This document shows, piece by piece, positions 29,832-39,491 of a DNA stretch of 64,000 bases; position 1 is the first letter of the stretch; each line of letters starts with the position of its first letter. Below the pieces are notes generated by a model, which was not told where the DNA came from, did not search any database, and saw nothing but the letters and a program-made list of their open reading frames with translations. This DNA is from Candidatus Magasanikiibacteriota bacterium. GTDB lineage: Bacteria; Patescibacteriota; Patescibacteriia; Magasanikbacterales; UBA922. The translations under genes were made by a program, and so were the position numbers. The stretch is from positions 64,691 to 128,690 of the forward strand of contig JBAYJP010000002.1 in NCBI GenBank assembly GCA_041665025.1. The letters run 5' to 3'.

Positions 29832-31466
29832 ATGAAAATAAACAAAACTACAGCTTACCACCTCTCGTTTATCATGCTTGTCTTTCTAGCGCAATTCTTA
29901 TTTATAAATCCTATTGGCGAATTTGCTTTGAATGATGACTGGGTTCATACAGAAATAGCCAAACACCTGGTCGATACCGGAGAATTTCGTATGTCTCCAT
30001 ACGCGGGGCCCACGTTTTATATACCTATTCTGTATGGTGCAGCCCTTATCAAAATCTTTGGCTTTTCTTTTTCAATGCTTCGAATTTCAACACTCATTTT
30101 AAGTCTGTTCTCAATATTAATCTTTTACTTTTTACTGAACAAAACAAACAACAAACCACATATTAACCTGCTCATTACTCTTGCACTCTGGCTCAACCCA
30201 ATTTTTTACAATCTGTCATTCACCTTCATGACTGATATTCCTGCATTATTTTTATTCATTGCAAGTATATTTTTATATTACATCGGATTTGAAAAAAAGA
30301 ACGCGTGGTATTTATTTTTTGGTTCACTCGTCTCAGTTGTCGGGTTTTATACGCGGCAAACAAACATATTGCCTATGGTTGCTGCTGGACTCTATGTCAT
30401 CCTGAATCCCGATGTAATCTGGATGAAAAATCTTTCTTACCACAAAATTCCTTTGACACATCTTGTATTATCTTTCGGCGTTCCATCTCTACTATGGCTC
30501 TCCATGTATATCTTCTTGCAAAAAAATAACCTGCTTCCTCAAGGCGCTTCCCTTCACTATGTATACAAACTAAATGAACTTTTAACACACACGTTGTGGT
30601 GGTTGTGGTATAGCCTCGTATATCTCGGTTTATTTGCCTTGCCATTTGCTGCCGGATACGTACTCAAACATCCTTTCAAGCGAATCAAAAATACCAAACT
30701 GCTCATTCTTACAAGTATTCCGGTTATTGTTGCTCTTGTCATTTTCAAAATTAAACATGTCCGTCTGCCATATGTCATGAATATAATTACTGAATACGGA
30801 CTTGGGCCTATGTACAATGTTATCAACGGTCAATTCAAACCTATGTTTCATGGTTGGGTATGGCTTTTGGTTACCTGTGCTGCGACTGGAGCTGGCGGAT
30901 GGCTCATTTACATATTTTTACGAGCAAAAAAATTTCATGAATCACCTTTTGGGTATATATACACGACAGGTATAGTATTTTTAATCCCTATTTTATTATT
31001 TCATAGTTTTGACCGATATTACTTAGCGCTATTTGTCATTGTAGGAATCATTATTGCAAAGCAACTTACATTTAAAAATTTCTACGCGCCAGCTACATTA
31101 CTTGTGTTAACCATATATGCAGTGTTTAGCATAAGCCAAACGCAATTTTATTTAAACTGGAATAAGGCACGATGGGAAATGGCATCCCACGCTCTCGCGG
31201 TTTCCCAACTCCAACCGCATACTATTGACGGCGGATATGAATGGAATGGCTGGCACGCGTATTGGTCTGCATGGTCTGCTCGATATGAACAAGGAACTCT
31301 CCAGGGACCATGGACAGCTCCGTGGTGGATCAAATATCTTTTTGTAAATAATACCGAAGACTATATTGTCAGCTTTTCTCCTCTGAAGCCATATTCAGTA
31401 ATTCAGACAAAACAAATTCCCGGGTGGAATCCCAATAACACCTTATATCTCCTTAAAAAACCGTAG
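29832..31466 (+). CDS. GT-C fold membrane glycosyltransferase (PMT/ArnT-like)
   Basis: 'LNDDWVH' after TM1, 'FMTDIP', many TMs. Confidence 0.75.
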   Translation: MKINKTTAYHLSFIMLVFLAQFLFINPIGEFALNDDWVHTEIAKHLVDTGEFRMSPYAGPTFYIPILYGAALIKIFGFSFSMLRISTLILSLFSILIFYFLLNKTNNKPHINLLITLALWLNPIFYNLSFTFMTDIPALFLFIASIFLYYIGFEKKNAWYLFFGSLVSVVGFYTRQTNILPMVAAGLYVILNPDVIWMKNLSYHKIPLTHLVLSFGVPSLLWLSMYIFLQKNNLLPQGASLHYVYKLNELLTHTLWWLWYSLVYLGLFALPFAAGYVLKHPFKRIKNTKLLILTSIPVIVALVIFKIKHVRLPYVMNIITEYGLGPMYNVINGQFKPMFHGWVWLLVTCAATGAGGWLIYIFLRAKKFHESPFGYIYTTGIVFLIPILLFHSFDRYYLALFVIVGIIIAKQLTFKNFYAPATLLVLTIYAVFSISQTQFYLNWNKARWEMASHALAVSQLQPHTIDGGYEWNGWHAYWSAWSARYEQGTLQGPWTAPWWIKYLFVNNTEDYIVSFSPLKPYSVIQTKQIPGWNPNNTLYLLKKP

Positions 31467-31519
31467 ACTGGAACGACGTAGAGTGGTATAATCGGTATAT
31501 AATTTAGCTACTTAAACAT

Positions 31520-31828
31520 ATGCTTCTCCAAAATCTCATTCCCTATGTACCCTCGTCTCTCACCGTGACAATCATATATGTAGTCGCCATGCTTGGACTC
31601 ATCTTAATTATATATGGCATTTTTCTCGAACGAGAACGACGCCAGGACATTGTCATCATGCTTGGCGCGCTTTGTTTGCTTGATTACGCAATATATATCA
31701 AAAATACGATATTTATTATTGCTATGGCTGGCATTGCCGTAGCGTCACTTATAGAGCTTATTGAGATACTTGCAGGGATACACAAACATTCACAAACTGA
31801 TCTGAAAGAATATAAAAACTTAAAATAG
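31520..31828 (+). CDS. small membrane protein
   Basis: 102 aa, three hydrophobic segments. Confidence 0.6.
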   Translation: MLLQNLIPYVPSSLTVTIIYVVAMLGLILIIYGIFLERERRQDIVIMLGALCLLDYAIYIKNTIFIIAMAGIAVASLIELIEILAGIHKHSQTDLKEYKNLK

Positions 31829-31831
31829 ACT

Positions 31832-32800
31832 ATGTTTGATCTTATCACCATTGGTGACGCCACCATGGACACATTTCTTGCTATAGATGATGCAACACTC
31901 AGTTGCGACCTCAATCGCGAACACTGCAAACTATGCATCAACTACGCAGACAAACTTCCTATTACCCATACAGGACAATCGGTGGGTGGTAATGCAGCCA
32001 ATGTGGCAGTAGCGTGCCAAAAACTCGGATTTAATACTGCGCTCGTAACTGAACTTGGCGATGATATCAATGGCCTCATTATAAAAGAAGAACTCGAAAA
32101 TAGCGGCGTACACACTAAATTAGTAAAAGTACACAAAGGAAAAGAAACCCGTTATTCTGTGGTATTACATTACAAAAGTGAACGAACTATTTTGTCGTAT
32201 CATGTAAAACGCGCATATTCTTTGCCAAAACTACCACAAACAAAATGGATATACTATTCCTCCTTGGGTTCTTCATTTGAAAAACTTCAGGAAAAACTGG
32301 TTGCGTATGTGAAAAGACATCCGGAAACTAAACTTGCCACAAATCCAGGCTCATACCAGATAAAATTTGGCCTGCAAACATACAAAAAAATACTTCCTTT
32401 GACAGAATTGCTATTTGTAAACAAAGAAGAAGCAACAAAACTCGTAGGTCAGCGCGATTCAATACAAAAAACCATGCACGCGTTACATCTACTTGGACCA
32501 CGGATAGTAGCACTCACAGATGGAACCAAAGGCTCATATGCATCTGACACAAAGACGCTCTATTTCATGGAGCCGTTCCCTGCTAAAGCAATAGCACGTA
32601 CGGGTGCGGGCGATGCATATGCAAGTGGATTTTTGTCTGCAATTTTATCTGAAGAAACAATAAAAACTGCCATACAATGGGGCAGTGCAAATGCGGGTGG
32701 TGTTATTCAAAAGTTCGGTGCACAAAAAGGATTACTCACCAAAAATCAAATCAAACAATATATAAAAAAACATTCGCGTGTTGTACCGCGAGTTATATAA
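31832..32800 (+). CDS. PfkB family carbohydrate kinase
   Basis: 'GGNAANVAVA', 'FVNKEEA', 'TGAGDAYASGF'. Confidence 0.92.
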   Translation: MFDLITIGDATMDTFLAIDDATLSCDLNREHCKLCINYADKLPITHTGQSVGGNAANVAVACQKLGFNTALVTELGDDINGLIIKEELENSGVHTKLVKVHKGKETRYSVVLHYKSERTILSYHVKRAYSLPKLPQTKWIYYSSLGSSFEKLQEKLVAYVKRHPETKLATNPGSYQIKFGLQTYKKILPLTELLFVNKEEATKLVGQRDSIQKTMHALHLLGPRIVALTDGTKGSYASDTKTLYFMEPFPAKAIARTGAGDAYASGFLSAILSEETIKTAIQWGSANAGGVIQKFGAQKGLLTKNQIKQYIKKHSRVVPRVI

Positions 32801-32835
32801 AAATGTATAAACTAAAACGGCCCATAATGGCCGTT

Positions 32836-33204
32836 TTAAAATTCTTTAGTTAACATGTCCAAATCCCTTTCTAGACCACTCTTTTCGATATCCAATTTCC
32901 TTTCTAATTCTTCCGATGGCAATTTTGCACGTTTTCTAGCACCAATTTCATCTTCTTCTTCATCAGTATCATGTGAGTATTTCCCCTGAGGACGTAAATC
33001 ATTAAATTTCATCAATCCAAAATTCCTCTCCTGCGCACGCAATGCATTGAGCTGATCGTGCATCGTGCGTATCACCTCTGCCTCGTCGACTTTCCCTTGT
33101 ACAAAAAGTTCTCCTCCATACTTAACCAATATATCCCGACGTATTACTATCCTTCGCTCCCTGTCTACCTCTAAAAACTTTTGACTTTTTTCTTCCGTAC
33201 TCAT
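32836..33204 (-). CDS. hypothetical protein
   Basis: 122-aa charged ORF overlapping the upstream stop. Confidence 0.55.
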   Translation of the reverse strand: MSTEEKSQKFLEVDRERRIVIRRDILVKYGGELFVQGKVDEAEVIRTMHDQLNALRAQERNFGLMKFNDLRPQGKYSHDTDEEEDEIGARKRAKLPSEELERKLDIEKSGLERDLDMLTKEF

Positions 33205-33893
33205 AGTATTTTCTTTTCATCTTTCTTCCCCTGATAATAACCTTTCAAATTTTTCACTTCATTGATATCCACTCTCGGACCAAGCAAGGAAAAACCATGA
33301 TCAAATGAATTGACATGACTATATATATCTTGTTTTAGGTTATCATGCCCTATTTCATCGGCAAATTTCTTCACATCTTCAACAACAGTATTTATCTCTT
33401 CTATCATCTTGCCATACTTATCTATTGCCGCCTCATACATAGGACGGTCATGAGACAACGCGGCTTGTGTGGCATGACGTCTAATATCATGTTTTAGATC
33501 AATGAGTAGCCCTACGAGCTCCTGACGTTCCCCAACGCCTAAAAAATCGCTTCCAGAGCCCCTATATACATCCTGGTATGTCCCACCCATTTCTTTAAAA
33601 ATCTGAAGTTTCCTTTTCAAACCTGTAGAAGCACGCTGATGCAATAATTCCTGGCCAAGCTTATCAGTATAATGCTTGTGAACATCTTCAAACGCGCGCA
33701 TATAGGGCCAAATCTTTTTGCCAACCTCAGCCATTATCTGTTCAACTTCTTCCAATGCAATATCATGCTGGTTGCGTACACCCTCCAGACGTTTTTCAAA
33801 CAACTCAAGAATTTCACTCGGTATCAGAGGTGGCAAATGATCATGCATGCGTTCAAAAATATAGAGTGTGTGTTGTACGGCGGGGATGTGCAT
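33201..33893 (-). CDS. hypothetical protein
   Basis: 230-aa helical ORF. Confidence 0.65.
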   Translation of the reverse strand: MHIPAVQHTLYIFERMHDHLPPLIPSEILELFEKRLEGVRNQHDIALEEVEQIMAEVGKKIWPYMRAFEDVHKHYTDKLGQELLHQRASTGLKRKLQIFKEMGGTYQDVYRGSGSDFLGVGERQELVGLLIDLKHDIRRHATQAALSHDRPMYEAAIDKYGKMIEEINTVVEDVKKFADEIGHDNLKQDIYSHVNSFDHGFSLLGPRVDINEVKNLKGYYQGKKDEKKIL

Positions 33894-33900
33894 ACAGACA

Positions 33901-34347
33901 AAGATTAAAAGATTGTAAGATTAGAAGATTATATCGATTTGTTATCACTCTTCAGACTGTTAATAAATAAATTCAAGTCTTTTGCCAAATCACAGTATTT
34001 TGTATTTAAATCCACAAAAATATCTTCTGCTATATATTTACGTCCAGATGCAACGGCTAAATGACTCCTTGTTTCTGTAATTTCTGCCCGTGCAATATAT
34101 AGAGTACGAATTTTATCTGCATAATAATATCTTCCATGTGCCTCGGCTATGTTGGCAACTATGGAATTAGCGGATCGACGAATTTGAGAAGTCAGTGCAT
34201 ACAATTCAGTTGGCGGAAATTCATCAGTTGCATCATATATCTTCATCAGTAAAGTATACCCGTTTTTCCAAATATCCAATTGATAAAAATCTTTATATCC
34301 CATAATCTTTTCGCCAAAATCTTCTAATCTTACAATCTTTTAATCTT
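33901..34347. mobile_element. putative cassette: four-helix-bundle gene within a perfect 30-bp inverted repeat of 8-nt AAGATTnn units (family C)
   Basis: 33901-33930 AAGATTAAAAGATTGTAAGATTAGAAGATT is the exact reverse complement of 34318-34347; mobility is inferred. Confidence 0.55.
33929..34303 (-). CDS. four-helix-bundle protein (23S rRNA IVP/TIGR02436-like, Avd-related fold)
   Basis: 'FPPTELYALTSQIRRSANSIVANIAEAHGR', 'IARAEITET'. Confidence 0.88.
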   Translation of the reverse strand: MGYKDFYQLDIWKNGYTLLMKIYDATDEFPPTELYALTSQIRRSANSIVANIAEAHGRYYYADKIRTLYIARAEITETRSHLAVASGRKYIAEDIFVDLNTKYCDLAKDLNLFINSLKSDNKSI

Positions 34348-34393
34348 CACACGAAGATAGTATACCAAACCCTTCACACTACTCCAAACTTTT

Positions 34394-35071
34394 CTAACGG
34401 TCTTTAAACGCCATATACTCTTTCCACCTCAGATACAACTCCCTCGTTGCATGCAAATCACCTGCACAATACTGCGCAATTTCTTTGTATTTTCCCTGTT
34501 CAAACATGGGCTTTACATCATGACCAGTGACACCGTGAGATTTGGGAGATTCTATGCCAAATGCTTTGCAATAAAAATCAAGATTAAACTTGCGCGTGCT
34601 GCTGTAATACGTGAGATGTTCAAGCAAATCTACATGTACATCCGAACTATACCGATAGGGCATGAGATTTTTACTTGGTTTAACCTTATGTATGGCAGAA
34701 CGCATCATAAGCACGGGGCAATCAAATCCACGCCCGTTAAACGTAACAAACTTATTGGCATACGAAATCGCTTTCCAAAATTTTTCTAGAATTTCTCTTT
34801 CTGTCCCTGGGACATACTTTATATTTCCATCTTCCCATTCAACGACTTCCTGTTCACGTGATTGGAAATAAACCGCTCCTTTCTGCGTTTCAACAGACAG
34901 CATGCCTATTGCCACGATTTCATTCGTCGGCGCCCACAGTGCCATTTGATCCTTTATCTTTTCTCTTTCTTCCTCATCTTCAGCAAACTTCAAAAGATAC
35001 TGCTGCTGGGCTTCATCAAGGGAATCAAAAACTTTCGGAATTGTCTCGATGTCGAAGATGATGGTGTTCAT
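34394..35071 (-). CDS. PolB-type 3'-5' exonuclease (DEDDy)
   Basis: 'FDIETIP', 'VTFNGRGFD', 'YCAGD'. Confidence 0.85.
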   Translation of the reverse strand: MNTIIFDIETIPKVFDSLDEAQQQYLLKFAEDEEEREKIKDQMALWAPTNEIVAIGMLSVETQKGAVYFQSREQEVVEWEDGNIKYVPGTEREILEKFWKAISYANKFVTFNGRGFDCPVLMMRSAIHKVKPSKNLMPYRYSSDVHVDLLEHLTYYSSTRKFNLDFYCKAFGIESPKSHGVTGHDVKPMFEQGKYKEIAQYCAGDLHATRELYLRWKEYMAFKDR

Positions 35072-35147
35072 AAAATTAAACTCAAAATTCAAAGTTCAAA
35101 ACTCAAAACTACATTTTAAAACTTTAAAATTTGTGAATAGTTTTGGG

Positions 35148-35642
35148 TTAAAAATTTGATTTTTGACCTTTGAGTTTTGAGCTTATGAGATACATCGCAA
35201 TCCCCGCGGCAACACTCACATTCAAACTCTCTTTCTTTCCATACATCGGTATATGCACGACTTTATCGCATAGTTTCAAAATATTTTCAGCGATTCCATC
35301 AACTTCATTACCCACCACTAGGGCGATATCACTGTCAATCTTCCAATCTTTTAGTCTTTCAATCTTCTCGCTCGTTTCATTCTTCTCCAACCCCACAATC
35401 ATAACTCCTTTCTTTTTTAAAGAAATAATCAATCGTTTTAAATCTTTCCTTTGTTCCCACGGCATCCATGTCTCTGCACCGAGCGAAACCTTGTCTATCT
35501 GTGGTCGAGGAGGACAAGGAGTATACCCAACTAAAAAAATCTTTGTAACCCCACATGCGTCGGCAGTTCGAAACATGGCCCCCACATTATGGCACGAGCG
35601 GATATCGGGTAAAATGAGATAAAATTGTCTTTGTTTATTCAT
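35148..35642 (-). CDS. SpoU/TrmH family RNA methyltransferase
   Basis: 'HNVGAMFRTADA', 'VGNEVDGI', 'IPMYGKKESLNVSVAAGI'. Confidence 0.92.
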   Translation of the reverse strand: MNKQRQFYLILPDIRSCHNVGAMFRTADACGVTKIFLVGYTPCPPRPQIDKVSLGAETWMPWEQRKDLKRLIISLKKKGVMIVGLEKNETSEKIERLKDWKIDSDIALVVGNEVDGIAENILKLCDKVVHIPMYGKKESLNVSVAAGIAMYLISSKLKGQKSNF

Positions 35643-35749
35643 AATCTCTCTCAGTGTAATCCTTATGAATCTGCGTAATCAGTGTTTAAAATCAGTGGTA
35701 TTATAACAAAACAGCCCGGCTTTTGGAACGGACTGTTCAATGTAATGAT

Positions 35750-36745
35750 TTACTGGGTATCAACAGCATTCTGAGTAGTTTCGACCCGTTGTTTTACCGT
35801 GTCTCTCAGTTCTCGCACCTTTTCAAGCGCTCTAGTTTCTGGTTGAGTTTTACGTTCTTCAATCTTTTGTATTATTTTGCGTGTAGAAGTATTTGAATCC
35901 GCTTTTTCTTTAAAATCACTCCTTACTTCTTCCATCTTTTGTTTTCTTTCTTGCCACAACTGGTCTAATTTTTCCTTTGCCTGCTCATCACCATTTTTGG
36001 CTGCATCCAAAAGTTCTTTCTTTTGTTCTTGAAATTGTTTAACCCCCTGTGTATGCTCTTCGACACGATTTTGCACCTGTTGTAAATGTTCGCGAACCTG
36101 CTCAGGTATTTTTTCATTATTAATAGCATTCAAAAAACGCTGCCCATCCTTGAGGCCCTTTTCACGAAGCTCGCGCAATTTGTTCATTTGTTCGTCAGTC
36201 AATTTCCCCTCAAATTTCTCTTCTAGTGTATCCATTACCTGCTCACGGCTGATTTGGTGGATTCCAATATTCTTCATCAATCGCTGAACTCGTTCATCAG
36301 GATTTTGTAAAAATTTGTCTTTATGTTCTTCAACTCGGCTCATGAGATCCTGAGAGCGTTCAACCATTTTTTGCGCTTTTGCCTGAACCTCTTGTTTGTC
36401 TGATTTTTGAGCTATAAGTTCGGCCAACTTCATGCGTTCTTCGGCGTATTTTAGACGAAGCTCATCTTTTTTAACCGGGTCAAATGTAGTAACAATTTTT
36501 ACACGTTCTTTTATCCCGCGCCACCACAAACCAAAAGTGGTAGGCAATTGAGTAGGCATGTCTATGTTCACTCCTTCCAGACTTTCAAGCGAATCTGGCT
36601 GACTCGCAGAAGCTGTAAGTAGTGGTTGACTTGTTTGTATCGAACTTAAATCACCTAAACTCTCTTCCAACGCGAAGACAGGGGTTAAAAAACAAAGTGA
36701 TAAAACGCAGGCTAGACCCATGCGCATGACAACCTTTTTTTTCAT
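35750..36745 (-). CDS. secreted coiled-coil protein (DUF5667-like)
   Basis: Signal peptide, 'KERVKIVTTFDPVKKDELRLKYAEERM'. Confidence 0.65.
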   Translation of the reverse strand: MKKKVVMRMGLACVLSLCFLTPVFALEESLGDLSSIQTSQPLLTASASQPDSLESLEGVNIDMPTQLPTTFGLWWRGIKERVKIVTTFDPVKKDELRLKYAEERMKLAELIAQKSDKQEVQAKAQKMVERSQDLMSRVEEHKDKFLQNPDERVQRLMKNIGIHQISREQVMDTLEEKFEGKLTDEQMNKLRELREKGLKDGQRFLNAINNEKIPEQVREHLQQVQNRVEEHTQGVKQFQEQKKELLDAAKNGDEQAKEKLDQLWQERKQKMEEVRSDFKEKADSNTSTRKIIQKIEERKTQPETRALEKVRELRDTVKQRVETTQNAVDTQ

Positions 36746-36765
36746 ATCTTGTATAGATTACTAAT

Positions 36766-36894
36766 TTATCCTATTGAAACCTTTGGCACAAATAAAAAAA
36801 CAGCTACTGCAATGGCAATACCTGCTACTAAATAAAGATAGACCCACGAAAAATCCGCCTGCTGTACGCCGAAATCCCCTTGTTTGTGTTGCAT
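36766..36894 (-). CDS. small single-TM protein (42 aa, below the ORF-track cut-off)
   Basis: MQHKQGDFGVQQADFSWVYLYLVAGIAIAVAVFLFVPKVSIG*, 20 nt upstream of the next gene. Confidence 0.45.
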   Translation of the reverse strand: MQHKQGDFGVQQADFSWVYLYLVAGIAIAVAVFLFVPKVSIG

Positions 36895-37110
36895 ATGTGT
36901 TTTTTAATATTAACTCTACTGACCGTGATCAATTAGGCCAATAAAATCAATATTATGTATACAGTATAGCAGAAAAAAGTACGTTTGTCAATAGATTTTT
37001 TATTGATTTTTAATAAAAAGTGTCGTACAATATACACGTACCACGTATCACATAACACATATCAAATATTTAAATTGATACGTGATACGTGCTATGTGAT
37101 ACGTGAACAT

Positions 37111-38136
37111 ATGGCGACAACTCTCAAACAATATCTCACCGAATTTCTTGAACACCTGGAAATCGAAAAAAACCGCAGCCCAAAAACACTGCAGAATTAT
37201 GATTTTTATTTAAGACGTTTTATAGAATGGTTTGGAGACAAACATCCTGAAAAAATAACTGGCGAGGATGTACGTCAATACCGACTTTGGCTCAATAGGC
37301 TCTGCGATGTACACGGAGAACCACTGAAAAAAAATACCCAAAACTACCATCTCATTGCTTTGCGTTCATTTCTGAAATACTTGGCCAAACGCGATGTAAA
37401 GACACTGCCCCCTGAAAAAATAGAACTAATGAAAATGCCTGATCGTGAGGTTAGTTTTCTTGAAGGTGGGGATTTGAATCGTATTCTAGAAGCGCCGTTC
37501 AAACACTTGAGCACGAAAGCACTTGCCTGCCCGCCAAATGGGAGGGAGCACGAAAGCACAAAGACAAAAATACCGCCCACACTCCTCATAGCCCATCGCG
37601 ACAAAGCGATTTTGGAGTTGTTATTCTCGACGGGTTTGCGCGTGTCTGAGCTCGCCAAGTTAAAAAAGGAAGATGTAAATTTAAACCGAGACGAATTTAC
37701 CGTAACGGGAAAAGGACGAAAAACTCGTGTTGTATTTTTATCAGAACAAGCGCGATATGCTATAAAAAAATATATAGAAATCCGCGGAGATCTAAATCCG
37801 TATTTATTTATTTCTCACGACAAACGCACGGGACCTAACAAAAAAATAAAAAATGGTAAGATGGCTGATGACGACCAACCATTGACACCTCGTTCTATTG
37901 AACGGACGGTGCAAAAATATGCCCGAGAAGCAGGGATTACCAAGCATGTCTCGCCACATACCCTGCGACACTCTTTTGCTACAGATTTACTCCAAAATGG
38001 AGCCGACATCCGCAGTGTACAAGCAATGCTTGGACACTCGTCTATTACGACAACTCAAATTTATACGCATATAACAGACAAAGAACTTAGAAATATCCAT
38101 AAGAAATTCCATGGCAAACACAGAGCTGATGATTGA
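37111..38136 (+). CDS. XerC/XerD-like tyrosine recombinase
   Basis: 'STGLRVSEL', 'HTLRHSFATDLL', 'LGHSSITTTQIYTH'. Confidence 0.9.
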   Translation: MATTLKQYLTEFLEHLEIEKNRSPKTLQNYDFYLRRFIEWFGDKHPEKITGEDVRQYRLWLNRLCDVHGEPLKKNTQNYHLIALRSFLKYLAKRDVKTLPPEKIELMKMPDREVSFLEGGDLNRILEAPFKHLSTKALACPPNGREHESTKTKIPPTLLIAHRDKAILELLFSTGLRVSELAKLKKEDVNLNRDEFTVTGKGRKTRVVFLSEQARYAIKKYIEIRGDLNPYLFISHDKRTGPNKKIKNGKMADDDQPLTPRSIERTVQKYAREAGITKHVSPHTLRHSFATDLLQNGADIRSVQAMLGHSSITTTQIYTHITDKELRNIHKKFHGKHRADD

Positions 38137-38181
38137 CAATTGGGCTAAAAAGCGATAAAATTTGCATATTAATTATGCCTT

Positions 38182-38253
38182 GCGCTCGTAGTTCAATGGA
38201 TAGAATAGAAGCCTTCTAAGCTTTAGATCAAGGTTCGATTCCTTGCGGGCGCA
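38182..38253 (+). tRNA. tRNA-Arg(TCT)
   Basis: Cloverleaf GCGCTCG.../CGGGCGC, anticodon arm GAAGC-CT-TCT-AA-GCTTT, GGTTCGATT. Confidence 0.92.
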
Positions 38254-38340
38254 CTATAATATGGTATGATAGAATAGTTGTTTCCTAATTAAGTAATAAT
38301 TTTATAAAAAATAGCAACCTTTATTCTTAACCTTTCACAT

Positions 38341-39078
38341 ATGTGGGGAACACTCTTGGGAATTGTAGTCGTTGTGCTTCTCATTAGCATACGACAAGTC
38401 AACCAATACCAACGTGGCGTCAAATTTCAACTGGGTAAATTTACCAAAATGGTACAACCTGGATGGCGTTTAGTCTTGCCCATTATCCAAAGCATGACAA
38501 AAGTAGACATTCGTACCAAAGCAGTAGATATGCCTTTGCAAGAAGCACTTACCAAGGATAATGTATCTGCAAAAATTAACGCGGTCATTTACTACAAAAT
38601 TGTAGATGTTGCAAAAGCAATTTTGGAAGTAGAAAATTTCTGGTTTGCCGTTAGTCAGCTCGCCCAGACAACCATGAGAAATGTGGTCGGTGAACTTGAG
38701 CTCGATGAACTCTTGGCAAATCGTGATGCGGCCGCACGACGCATCCAACAAATTCTTGAGAAGACAACACAATCGTGGGGTATACAGGTAGAAAGCGTGG
38801 AACTCAAAGATATTGTATTGCCTGACAACATGCAACGCGTCATTGCCAAACAAGCTGAGGCAGAACGTGAAAAACGTGCAGTTATTATCAAAGCAAGTGG
38901 TGAATATATCGCAGCGGAAAATATTGCAAAGGCTGCTCAAGTACTTTCTGGCACTCCTGGAGCCCTTCATTTGCGCACGCTAAGCACTATAAACGATTTG
39001 AGCTCTGACCAGTCAAATACCGTGATATTTGCAATTCCTCTTGAGGTTTTGCGCGCGTTTGAACGGATGGGAAAATAA
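38341..39078 (+). CDS. SPFH/stomatin (slipin) family protein
   Basis: 'TKDNVS', 'AQTTMRNVVG', 'QAEAEREKRA'. Confidence 0.92.
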   Translation: MWGTLLGIVVVVLLISIRQVNQYQRGVKFQLGKFTKMVQPGWRLVLPIIQSMTKVDIRTKAVDMPLQEALTKDNVSAKINAVIYYKIVDVAKAILEVENFWFAVSQLAQTTMRNVVGELELDELLANRDAAARRIQQILEKTTQSWGIQVESVELKDIVLPDNMQRVIAKQAEAEREKRAVIIKASGEYIAAENIAKAAQVLSGTPGALHLRTLSTINDLSSDQSNTVIFAIPLEVLRAFERMGK

Positions 39079-39280
39079 ACACAGAATACACGCCTGCCTG
39101 CCGGCAGACAGGAATTAAAATGAATTAGACTGAAATCCGCCTACTGCAAAGGCGGATTTTTACTTGTGAAATCTTTTAAAATCAGTGTAATCAATGTTGA
39201 CAAATGTGAAATATCCCAGTATACTTTCTCCGTTAAAAGTCAGACTCAAGGTAAATTTTAAAAAAAGAGGTTCTCTCAGG

Positions 39281-39353
39281 GGTGGCTATGGTATAACGGT
39301 TATTACTTCGGTTTGTGGTACCGACAATACGGGTTCAATTCCCGTTAGCCACC
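39281..39353 (+). tRNA. tRNA-His(GTG)
   Basis: G(-1)GTGGCTA.../TAGCCAC-C, anticodon arm TCGGT-TT-GTG-GT-ACCGA. Confidence 0.88.
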
Positions 39354-39491
39354 CCCAAGGGAATCTCCCGACAAAAAGCCTACAATAGGCTTTTTTATTT
39401 ACCTGTTTAAAAGTGATATAATGAGGGTACCAATCATTTTTGCATAGGGAATTCACTCTGTTTATTGCTCCCCTATGCCAAAATTTAATAT

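Noticed and set aside
37111-38253. Tyrosine recombinase beside tRNA-Arg as an integrated element or prophage
   Set aside because: The protein looks like a chromosomal XerC/D, neighbours are housekeeping-type genes, and I saw no duplicated tRNA 3' end (att site).
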